Below the pieces are notes generated by a model that was given only the letters and a program-made list of their open reading frames with translations, was not told the origin of the DNA and searched no databases. The position numbers and the translations under genes were made by a program. This document shows, in pieces, positions 56,393-64,000 of a DNA stretch of 64,000 nt; the first letter of the stretch is position 1; every line of letters begins with the position of its first letter. The DNA lies in contig OZ245002.1 of the NCBI GenBank assembly GCA_965223415.1, forward strand, positions 2,368,001 through 2,432,000. Reading direction: 5' to 3'. The stretch comes from Myxococcota bacterium (GTDB taxonomy: Bacteria; Myxococcota_A; UBA9160; UBA6930).

Positions 56393-56902
56393 ATGAGCGA
56401 ACTCGAACGGCGGGTCGCCGATCTCGAGCGGCGCGTCGACGCCGCCGAGTCGGTGCTGGCGATCCAGAACCTGAAAGCGCGTTACGCCCAGCTCGTGGAT
56501 CAGCGCTACACGCGGGGCAGCGTCGTGGACGAAGCGCGGCTCGCCGAGATCGCCGAGCAGATCGCAGGCCTCTTCGCCGAGGACGGCGTCTGGGACGCGG
56601 GCAAGGCCCTCGGCATCGCGCGCGGTCGCGCCGAGATCGCCGAGCGCATGCGCAAGCCGACCCTCGCGTTCTCCTGGCACTACTTCGTGAAGCCCGAGAT
56701 CCACGTCGACGGCGACCGCGCGCGAGCGCGCTGGGACATCCTCTCCCCCTGCACCACCCCGGATGGACAACCCCAGTGGATGAGCGGGTTCGAGGACGAC
56801 GAGTACGTCCGCATGGGCGGCCTCTGGCTCCACCAGCACATGAAGCTGGGCGTCGTCTTCATGGCGCCCCACGCCACCGGCTGGCAGAAGATCTTCACCT
56901 GA
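56393..56902 (+). CDS. SnoaL/NTF2-like (BaiE-like) protein
   Basis: IQNLKARYAQLVD, LFAEDG, WHYF, EDDEY. Confidence 0.85.
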   Translation: MSELERRVADLERRVDAAESVLAIQNLKARYAQLVDQRYTRGSVVDEARLAEIAEQIAGLFAEDGVWDAGKALGIARGRAEIAERMRKPTLAFSWHYFVKPEIHVDGDRARARWDILSPCTTPDGQPQWMSGFEDDEYVRMGGLWLHQHMKLGVVFMAPHATGWQKIFT

Positions 56903-56930
56903 ACCCGGCAGGGGTTGGCGCGTTCAGGTG
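56896..56930. terminator. Hairpin between convergent genes
   Basis: CACCTGAAC...GTTCAGGTG inverted repeat. Confidence 0.35.
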
Positions 56931-57477
56931 GCGAGCTGACGTTCGCGCTCCTTGCGTTCGAGCTCTTCGAGGCGCTTCTCGAGGGCTTCGAGGCGTTCGC
57001 GGAGGAGCTCGGCGCCGTCGCGCATGCCGCGCTTCCAGCGGCGGCCCAGCTCGCGCCAGGGATCGGGACCGGCCCAGGGGACCGAGAGGCCTTCGGGGCG
57101 CACGCTGAGGCTCTGGGCCTCGCCCATGCGGTGGAGCTGGAGCGTGAGTGGTTCGTCCTCCGGTGCGGCGGCGACGGTGCGGACGAGGTCGAAGGTCTCC
57201 TCGATCGGCTCGCCGCCGGCGTCCGTGATGACGTCGCCCACCTTCACGCCGGCCGCCGCGGCGGGGGAATCCTCCAGCACGCGCACCACGAGCACGCCGC
57301 GCTCGGTCGGCGCCTCCATGAACTCGCGGAGCTCCGGGTCATGGACTGCACCTGCACGCCGATGCGGCTCGGCCCGAGCCATGTGTCGTGGCCGAGGCGC
57401 ATCGGCCGGTCGGCCCAGGCCGCTCCGGCGGCGAGGAGCACCGGGATCACGGCGGAGATGGAGACGAGGAATCGCAT
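56924..57477 (-). pseudogene. Secreted PDZ-domain protein, frameshifted (or sequencing error)
   Basis: Signal peptide + IGVQVQSMT in one frame, PELREF..GVLVVRV..SPAAAAG..GDVI in another; 1-nt loss near 57336. Confidence 0.75.
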
Positions 57478-57566
57478 GGGAAGTCCCTCCTGGGCGCAAT
57501 GACACCGTAGAGCGACGGCCCGTTCCCGTCTCCTGCAGCTCGGAAGCTGCACCGTCCGGCGCTCCC

Positions 57567-58586
57567 TCAGTGGTGGCGGGCGTAGTGCTCCGCCAGCAGA
57601 TCGGCCCCGAAGTCACCCGGAAAGGACCGCAGCACCGCATGGATGTGATCCCCGTCCTCGGTGTTGTCGAACTCCAGGCGGAAGGTCGGCCCCTCGATCC
57701 GGTAGTAGAAGGAGAAGGCGGGCTCCCGGGCTTCCGCCCAGGCGAAGCGCATCTCCGCGCGCCCCGCCGCATCGAGGCTCGCACGCCAGGCGTCGGCGAT
57801 CTCGGCCCGGAAGTTGGCGAGGTAGAGCTCGACCACGCCGTCGAGCAGCGCCTGCTGGGCCGCCGCGAGGTCCGCACGGCGCACGCCAACGGGCTCGCCC
57901 GGTGCCGCGTGCCGCACCTGGGAGAGCATGTGGCCCCGATCCGGCCGGTAGGGCAGCGCGGCCGCCGCTCGCTGCGTGTCGTCCAGGCTGGCGGCCAGCT
58001 CCCGCGCCCGCGCCTCCTCCTCTCGCAACAGCTGGAGGCCGCCGTTCTGCCAGCCCTCGGGCACGACGCGCGGCTGGGCGCCGAGGAAGAGCGGCGTCAC
58101 GGCGGGAAGCTCGCCCTTCGCCGGCACGGTGACGTTGAGCGAGAGATGGTGGCCCTCGAGCCGATATCCCCACGCACCTTCGCCCGGGACGCCGAACAGA
58201 GCCACGTAGTAGCGGCCGGGGTCGCGGAAGCCGCCGGTGATCCACTCGACGAAGGCGTTGCCGTCGGCGCGGTGCACCGCCGTCTCGAGCTGGCGGACGT
58301 CCGCGACGCGCTGCACACCCGTCCGGCTCAAGGTGACGGCGAGCAGCTCGTCCACGAGCCCGCGGGTGCGGTCGTCCAGGGCATCCAGCCGCACGCCGTC
58401 GATGAGGAACGGTGCGAAGTGGATATCCCTGCGCTCGTCGTCGTCGAAGTCCCACGCCGCAGCCGACGGCAGGGCCTGCGCCAGCGCGCCGCCCCGCTCG
58501 TTCAGCTCCGGAACCGGCCCGTCGCCGGCGACGGCCGGGCTGCCGGCGAGGGCTCCGGCCAGCGCTGCCACGAGGAGTCGCCCCAT
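57567..58586 (-). CDS. DUF3500 family exported protein
   Basis: WGYRLEGHHLSLN, TPLFLG, YYRIEGP, HIHAV. Confidence 0.85.
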   Translation of the reverse strand: MGRLLVAALAGALAGSPAVAGDGPVPELNERGGALAQALPSAAAWDFDDDERRDIHFAPFLIDGVRLDALDDRTRGLVDELLAVTLSRTGVQRVADVRQLETAVHRADGNAFVEWITGGFRDPGRYYVALFGVPGEGAWGYRLEGHHLSLNVTVPAKGELPAVTPLFLGAQPRVVPEGWQNGGLQLLREEEARARELAASLDDTQRAAAALPYRPDRGHMLSQVRHAAPGEPVGVRRADLAAAQQALLDGVVELYLANFRAEIADAWRASLDAAGRAEMRFAWAEAREPAFSFYYRIEGPTFRLEFDNTEDGDHIHAVLRSFPGDFGADLLAEHYARHH

Positions 58587-58603
58587 GCCGGCAGGATACA
58601 CCG

Positions 58604-58726
58604 GGGTCAGTCGCCGAGGAGGTTCAGTACGCTCCCGGCTCCCTGGGTCAGTCGCCGAGGACGTTCAGCACGCTCCTGGCTCCCCGGGTCAGTTGCCGAG
58701 GACGTTCAGTACGCTCCCGGCTCCCT
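58604..58726. repeat. 3 x 41-bp tandem repeat of a gene 3' end
   Basis: Units start at 58604, 58645, 58686; no spacers; the extra copies differ from the in-gene copy at 2 and 4 positions. Confidence 0.95.
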
Positions 58727-59339
58727 GGTTGTTCTCGAAGAAGTCGAAGTCGATGCTGATGGCGGCCGCGAAGATCACCGCGCGCTCGGCCGCGCTCCAA
58801 CTGGCCTGGCCGTAGTCGACGAGGAAGCTGTCCGCGTCGGCGAAGGTCTCCCGAAGCACGCCCCCCCAGCGCTTGGTGATCACCGCGTCCCCGGTGCCGC
58901 GGGCGCTCTCGATCGGGAAGGTCCATAGCCGCCAGAGGGGGCTCTTCACCCGGGCGAAGGTGGCGCCGGTGGCGTCGCGCAGGTCGTAGCGCTTGTAGAG
59001 GATCCCGAAGCGCCGGCGCACGCTGCCGAGCGCCTGCCCCTCGGGTCCCACCACCGCCAGGTCGGAGAACAGGAAGAAGAAGGAGCGCGAGAGATCGAGG
59101 AGCGGCCGGCCCTCCGGGTCCACCACGCCGATCTCGAAGCCCCGGTGGGAGCGCAGGAAGGAGCGCCGGAGGAAGCTCCCGAAGCCGCCGGATCGCTCGG
59201 CGATGGCACCGACGGTCTCCTGCTCGGCACTCATCACCTCGTATCGGTTGCGCGTCTCCCAGTCGATCGCGATCTCCGTCCACTCCTTGCGCTGGCGGAC
59301 GAAGAGCTGGCGATGGCCTTCGAAGAAGTGGGAGAGCAT
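58689..59339 (-). CDS. Phospholipid scramblase / LURP-one-like protein
   Basis: ETRNRY, ITKRWGG...FADADSF, AAISIDFDFFE. Confidence 0.85.
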   Translation of the reverse strand: MLSHFFEGHRQLFVRQRKEWTEIAIDWETRNRYEVMSAEQETVGAIAERSGGFGSFLRRSFLRSHRGFEIGVVDPEGRPLLDLSRSFFFLFSDLAVVGPEGQALGSVRRRFGILYKRYDLRDATGATFARVKSPLWRLWTFPIESARGTGDAVITKRWGGVLRETFADADSFLVDYGQASWSAAERAVIFAAAISIDFDFFENNQGAGSVLNVLGN

Positions 59340-59376
59340 CGGGTCGACCTCCGGATCGCTTGTGAGCCGCCGCGTG

Positions 59377-60159
59377 TCAGGCGCGCCGCACCCGGGCCGC
59401 GCCCAGCGCGCCGGCGCGCTCGAGCACGCCCAGCACGACCAGGAGCAGCAGGGCGGTCGAGATGGCCGCCACGACGCCGCGGCCCACGAACAGTCGCACG
59501 TAGAAGAGGCTGGCGACCAGGGGCGTGGTCGAGAGGGCGTAGGCCAGGCCGGCGAGCGGCGGGAGGAGGAGGGTCGCGAGCCGGGCCGCCTGCCGGGTTC
59601 CGGCGTGCACGCCGTCGTCCCGGACCAAAGCCGGCAGGCGCTCCCTCCACCGCCGCGCGGCCACGATCAGGGCCACCCCGCCCAGGAGCGTGCTGCCGTG
59701 CTGCAGGAAGCGGTAGGCGTGCAGCTCGTAGGTGGGCAGGGAGCCCAGGCTCTGGCCCAGGATCGGAAGCTCCTCGACGGCGAAGCCGTTTCCGTGGGTG
59801 AAGGCGTCCCACAGGACGTGGGTGAGGGCGCCCAGGGCGACGGAGCTCGCCGCGACGACGGGGGTCGGAGCCGGCGGCGGAGCCAGGGGGATGCGCCGGC
59901 CGAAGCTCTGCGGGGCCAGCATCCGCGCCGGTCGTCGCAGCAGGGAGCGCCAGGTGAGCAGCGTCAGGAGGCCCATCGGCAGGCCAAACCACAGCACGCC
60001 CGGGAGCGAGTGGGTCGCCGCCCGCTCCAACGGCAGGCCCAGGAAGTAGGGGAGGTCCGGGGCCATGCTGCCGATCGCCAGGGCTGCGAAGTCGGCTCGC
60101 GGGCCGAGCCACCCCTTGAGGGGCAGGGCGGCGGCGACGTGGGAAGGCGTGAAGGGCAT
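59377..60159 (-). CDS. DUF4184 family membrane protein
   Basis: MPFTPSH, GSMAPD, THVLWDAFTH, LQHGST. Confidence 0.88.
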   Translation of the reverse strand: MPFTPSHVAAALPLKGWLGPRADFAALAIGSMAPDLPYFLGLPLERAATHSLPGVLWFGLPMGLLTLLTWRSLLRRPARMLAPQSFGRRIPLAPPPAPTPVVAASSVALGALTHVLWDAFTHGNGFAVEELPILGQSLGSLPTYELHAYRFLQHGSTLLGGVALIVAARRWRERLPALVRDDGVHAGTRQAARLATLLLPPLAGLAYALSTTPLVASLFYVRLFVGRGVVAAISTALLLLVVLGVLERAGALGAARVRRA

Positions 60160-60232
60160 GGCGTCCGATCTCCGGGACCATCGGCAGAACGATCGGCGGA
60201 TTCGACCCCGACCCGCGGGCCAGGTTCCGCCT

Positions 60233-60799
60233 CTAGCGGCGGCGGACGGCCATCAGTAGCCCGCTCCCGGCGGCGAGCTCCGTCGCGACGAGGTCCCGGT
60301 GCCCGACCAACGTGTCCCGCACGCCATCGAGTGCCCGGACGAGCGCCGGGTCGTCGTGCTGGGCCCGGTCCATGTCGTCGACGAGGAGCACGCCTCGGGG
60401 GCGCAGGGCCGCGATCGTCCCCTCCAGGTTCGTGAGCTTGCCGCCCGGCGCGTCCGCGAAGATCAGGTCGAAGTGCCCGAGCTGCTCGACCTGCTCGGCG
60501 CCATCGCCTCGCACGAGCCGCACCCACGCCGGCAGGCTCGCTTCCGCAGCGAGGGCCTGCATGGCCGGGTCGAGCTCGACGCTCACCACCCGGGCGTCGC
60601 TTCGTCGCCCCAGGCCGTGGAGGATCCAGGCGAGCCCCACGCCCGCGCCGGTCCCGAGCTCCAGGATGCGACCGCCCTCCGGCACGGCCGCGGCCAGGGC
60701 GGCGAGCAGGCTCCCGGCGACGGGCTCGCAGGAGAGCGCGAAGCCCGCGCGGCGGGCCCGCTCCTCGGCGCGAGCTACCCGGTCCGGCCGTGCCGTCAC
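60233..60799 (-). CDS. SAM-dependent O-methyltransferase
   Basis: ILELGTGAG, FDLIFADA, LRPRG. Confidence 0.88.
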   Translation of the reverse strand: MTARPDRVARAEERARRAGFALSCEPVAGSLLAALAAAVPEGGRILELGTGAGVGLAWILHGLGRRSDARVVSVELDPAMQALAAEASLPAWVRLVRGDGAEQVEQLGHFDLIFADAPGGKLTNLEGTIAALRPRGVLLVDDMDRAQHDDPALVRALDGVRDTLVGHRDLVATELAAGSGLLMAVRRR

Positions 60800-62085
60800 G
60801 CCGTCGCCCGGGCAGATTGGGCCAGGTCTTCGCGCAGGGTGCGCGCGGCCAGGGCGAAGCACACGCCGGCCAGGAGCCCGGCGCAGGCCATGGCGCTGAG
60901 CGAGTAGCGGATCGCGTCGTCGCCGAAGCGCCCGGCCAGCGCATCGTTGGCCAGCCCGATCAGCTGCGGGCCGATCCCGAGGCCCACCAGGTTCAGCACC
61001 GCGAGCAGGGTGGCGGCGGCGAGGGCGCGCATGCGCGGCGCCACGAGCCCCTGGGAGAGGGACCACATCGGCCCGACGTACATGTTGTTCAGCAGGTAGA
61101 ACACGCCGAAGCTGGCCAGGGCGAGCCCGGTCTCCGTGCTCAGGTAGAAGGGCAGCGCGAAGGGAAAGGCCGCGAGCGAGACCAGGGATGGAAGCCACAG
61201 GTTCCAACGCACGTCGCGCACCTGCAGGCGGTCGTTCAGCACGCCGCCCAGGGTCGTCCCGGCGGCACCCGTGAGACCCGCGATCAGGCCGAAGGTCATG
61301 CCCAGCTCGGTGCCGCTCAGGCCCTGTACGCGGATCAGGTAGATCGGGCCCCAGGCGAGCACCGAGTAGCCGACCAGGGCCTGGAAGCAGCCGGCGGCCA
61401 CCATCACCACGAAGGAGCGCTTGCGGGCGAGGGTGCGCACCACCTCGCCGATCGTGGGCACGTTGGCATCCGGGCCGGCCTGCTCCGCGGCGCCGCGCTG
61501 GGGCTCCCGGATCGTGGCGAAGATCAAGAGGGCCAGCGGAACGCCCGGCAGGCCCGCGACCAGGAAGGCGGTGCGCCAGTCGAAGAGGTCGCGCACGATG
61601 CCGCCGCCCATGAAGCCGAACATCAGGCCCAGGTAGATTCCCCAGCCGTAGATGGCGAGGGCGGTGGCCCGCCGGGCCGGCGGGAAGAAGTCGCTGATCA
61701 GGGAGTGGGAGGGCGGCGTGCCAGCGGCCTCCCCGATGCCGACCCCGAAGCGCGCGATGGCCAGGCTGACGAAGCCGACGGCGAGGCCGCACAGGGCGGT
61801 CATGGCGCTCCACACCGCGAGCCCGAGGGAGATGACGAGCTTGCGCGAGCCGACGTCGGCCCAGCGCGCGAGGGGGAAGCTCGCCAGCACGTTCAGGGTG
61901 GCGAAGGCCGGCCCGATCAGGAAGCCGAGCTGGGTATCGCTGAGACCCATCTCGCCCTTGATGTCCTCGGCGACGATCGAGAGGATGTTCCGGTCGACGA
62001 AGTTCAGGATGTAGGCGAGGAGCAGCAGGAAGAGGACGTACCAGGCTCGTCCCCGGGGCGTGGCGCATTCGCCGGCCTCGCTCAT
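60796..62085 (-). CDS. MFS transporter (spinster-like)
   Basis: NFVDR, LSDTQLG, GVGIGEA..PPSHSLISDFFP. Confidence 0.92.
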   Translation of the reverse strand: MSEAGECATPRGRAWYVLFLLLLAYILNFVDRNILSIVAEDIKGEMGLSDTQLGFLIGPAFATLNVLASFPLARWADVGSRKLVISLGLAVWSAMTALCGLAVGFVSLAIARFGVGIGEAAGTPPSHSLISDFFPPARRATALAIYGWGIYLGLMFGFMGGGIVRDLFDWRTAFLVAGLPGVPLALLIFATIREPQRGAAEQAGPDANVPTIGEVVRTLARKRSFVVMVAAGCFQALVGYSVLAWGPIYLIRVQGLSGTELGMTFGLIAGLTGAAGTTLGGVLNDRLQVRDVRWNLWLPSLVSLAAFPFALPFYLSTETGLALASFGVFYLLNNMYVGPMWSLSQGLVAPRMRALAAATLLAVLNLVGLGIGPQLIGLANDALAGRFGDDAIRYSLSAMACAGLLAGVCFALAARTLREDLAQSARATA

Positions 62086-63260
62086 GCCGGCGAAGGCTCC
62101 CCGGCGCCGAGACGGCCGGGTCGCAGGCCGCGGCTCTGGACCATCACCAGGGCCATCAATCCGGCGGCGAGCCAGAAGGGCCACGCCATCTGGACGTCGA
62201 AGAGGAAGCCCGCGAGCGCGGGGCCGAAGATCCGCGCGAAGGACGCCATCGACTGGAAGGTGCCCATCACGGCGCCCCGGGTCTCGGGGCGGGCCTCGAA
62301 GGAGGTCAGGCTCATCAGCGCGGGCTGGGAGATCGCGCGGCCCACCGCCGAGGCGGTGAGCGGGAGCAGGAGCAGCCCGATCCCCGGCGCGAGCGGCACG
62401 AAGAGGAAGGCCACCGCCATCAGCAGGGCGCCGCTGGTCACGAGGCTCCGCTCCGCATAACGAGCTGCGAGCGCACGCATGCCGCCGCCCTGGATCGCGC
62501 CCATGACCAGTGCCATTCCGACGAGCAGGAAGCCCACGCCCCGCGCGTCGAGCCCGAAGGCGCCCTCCATGAAGGGCGCGAACATGTTCTCGAGCTGGGT
62601 GACGGCGAGGGAGAAGAGCAGGTAGGCCAGGCAGGCGTGCCGGATGCGCGGGTCGCGCAGCACCTCGAGGCGCGAGGCCGTGCGCTGGGGCGCCGCGTGA
62701 CGCGGCGGCTCGGGCAAGGCGAAGAGGGCGAACACGAAGTTCACCGCGGCCAGGCCCGCCGCGGCCAGCATCGGCACCGCGTAGCCGTAGGGCGCGAGCA
62801 GCGCGCCGATCGCCGGACCGAGCAGGAAGCCCACGCCGAAGCTCGCGCCCAGCATGCCCATCCAGCGCGTCCGCTCCTCCTCGCTGGTCACGTCGGTGAT
62901 GTAGGCCGAGGCGACGCTCACGTTCGCCGCGAACCCGCCGGCCACGAGGCGTGCGGCGAAGATGCCGACGAGCGAGCCCGCGAGCCCGAGCCAGAGCAGC
63001 GCGACGGCGGTACCGAAGATCGTCGCGAGCAGCACCGGCCGCCGCCCGACGCGATCCGAGAGCCGTCCCCAGAGCGGCGCGAACACGAACTGCGCCAGGG
63101 CGTAGGCGCTCTGGATGAGCCCGTAGGTGAAGCCGTCCGCACCGAAATCGCTGGCCCAGAACCAGAGGACCGGCATCACGATGCCGAACCCGATCAAGTC
63201 GACGATGACGACGCTGAACAGGATGGCGAGGGAGGCTCTGGACGGGGCAGCGGCGGCCAT
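62082..63260 (-). CDS. MFS transporter (TetA/DHA1-like)
   Basis: DLIGFGIVMP, GRLSDRVGRRPVL, GFLLGPAIG. Confidence 0.92.
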   Translation of the reverse strand: MAAAAPSRASLAILFSVVIVDLIGFGIVMPVLWFWASDFGADGFTYGLIQSAYALAQFVFAPLWGRLSDRVGRRPVLLATIFGTAVALLWLGLAGSLVGIFAARLVAGGFAANVSVASAYITDVTSEEERTRWMGMLGASFGVGFLLGPAIGALLAPYGYAVPMLAAAGLAAVNFVFALFALPEPPRHAAPQRTASRLEVLRDPRIRHACLAYLLFSLAVTQLENMFAPFMEGAFGLDARGVGFLLVGMALVMGAIQGGGMRALAARYAERSLVTSGALLMAVAFLFVPLAPGIGLLLLPLTASAVGRAISQPALMSLTSFEARPETRGAVMGTFQSMASFARIFGPALAGFLFDVQMAWPFWLAAGLMALVMVQSRGLRPGRLGAGEPSPA

Positions 63261-63314
63261 CGGGGGGCGGAGCATGCCGGCGGCCTGCGAGGGCCGCAAG
63301 GCGGTACGCGGCGC

Positions 63315-63788
63315 TCAGCGCTCTCCGAGCAGCCCCTCCAGGTAGCCCGCACTCTCCTCCTCGAGCAGCGCGCAGCTCTCGAGCACCTGCTGCGCCTCGG
63401 AATCACTGCTGGCCGCACGGAGCCCGCGCCACGCGGCCGCGCCCTGGCGCTCGGCGTCGGCCTGGATCGCCCACTGCTCCCGCAGCGAGAGCCCGGCGAA
63501 GACGTCGAAGTACGCGTCGCGGGCCGCGGGGAAGGCGGCGTCGATGGCGGCCTGGGCTGCGGCGTCGATGCTCACCAGCTTCTCCACCCGGGTCGCGATC
63601 TCGTCCTCGCGCTCGGCGCAGGCGGTGAGGCCGCGGGCGACCTCCGGGTCGTCGGTCTGCTCCGCCCACTGCCGGTAGCGGCCGGCGGCGCCGCGCTCGA
63701 GGGTGGCGAGGAAGCGCGGCACGGCGGCTTCCGGCACGGATTGGATCATCGGGGCGAGCAGCTCGCCGAAGTTCGGGGCGTCGGCCAT
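63315..63788 (-). CDS. Hypothetical ferritin-like four-helix protein
   Basis: LERGAAGRY, EREDE, AERQGA, LEEES helices; typical codon usage. Confidence 0.7.
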   Translation of the reverse strand: MADAPNFGELLAPMIQSVPEAAVPRFLATLERGAAGRYRQWAEQTDDPEVARGLTACAEREDEIATRVEKLVSIDAAAQAAIDAAFPAARDAYFDVFAGLSLREQWAIQADAERQGAAAWRGLRAASSDSEAQQVLESCALLEEESAGYLEGLLGER

Positions 63789-63834
63789 AGGGGAAAGTTA
63801 GCCCAGCGCCGGGTGTGGGGTGCATACTGCGCGG

Positions 63835-64000
63835 GTGAAGGTCGTGGCGCTCGGAGGCAGTGGAGCCATGGGCCGGTGGGCGGTGCGAGCCGCTCTCGCC
63901 GACCCGAAGGTCGAGGCGCTCGTCGTCGCGGATCTCGACGGCGTGGCAGCGGCTCGCGCCGCCGAGGAGGCGGGCCCGCGGGCCAGCGCGGCGACGATCG
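63835..64000 (+). CDS. Saccharopine dehydrogenase-like NAD(P)-binding protein (3' partial)
   Basis: VKVVALGGSGAMG Rossmann motif, VVADLD. Confidence 0.75.
   Translation, partial: MKVVALGGSGAMGRWAVRAALADPKVEALVVADLDGVAAARAAEEAGPRASAATI

Noticed and set aside
53512..56394. Long apparent N-terminal extensions or fusions (also 1419-5147, 31598-33610, 32299-35292, 18718-20844)
   Set aside because: Upstream portions are read-through over other genes; recognisable domains start at internal start codons
58604..58726. CRISPR array or DGR template/variable repeats
   Set aside because: Units are contiguous with no spacers; no cas or reverse transcriptase gene is in the window; the differences are not exclusively at adenines
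1..64000. rRNA, tRNA, prophage or anti-phage defence genes
   Set aside because: None recognised by eye; intergenic gaps are short and show no cloverleaf; covariance-model searches could not be run

Overview
Gene-dense, very GC-rich bacterial chromosome segment. The gene content suggests a Myxococcota/Deltaproteobacteria-like heterotroph (inference). About 55 CDS are present, mostly CoA-dependent lipid/steroid/aromatic catabolism: two thiolase+DUF35 modules, family III CoA transferases, acyl-CoA ligases, enoyl-CoA hydratases, SDRs, SnoaL proteins, a carotenoid oxygenase and an LLM oxidoreductase. The window also holds transporters, a CsoR-box-controlled cusCBA efflux block with a small leader ORF, one intact ISNCY/IS5-like element and four broken genes. 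No rRNA, tRNA or CRISPR array was recognised. The most unusual signal is a family of tiny AT-rich 'arm-core-arm' elements (8-10 bp direct arms around a GGGG-CC core) at gene ends. They supply stop/start codons, one abuts a truncated gene, and their flanks show local depletion of G at synonymous sites. A 3x41 bp tandem copy of a gene's 3' end is also notable. Codon counts below were done by hand and are approximate.
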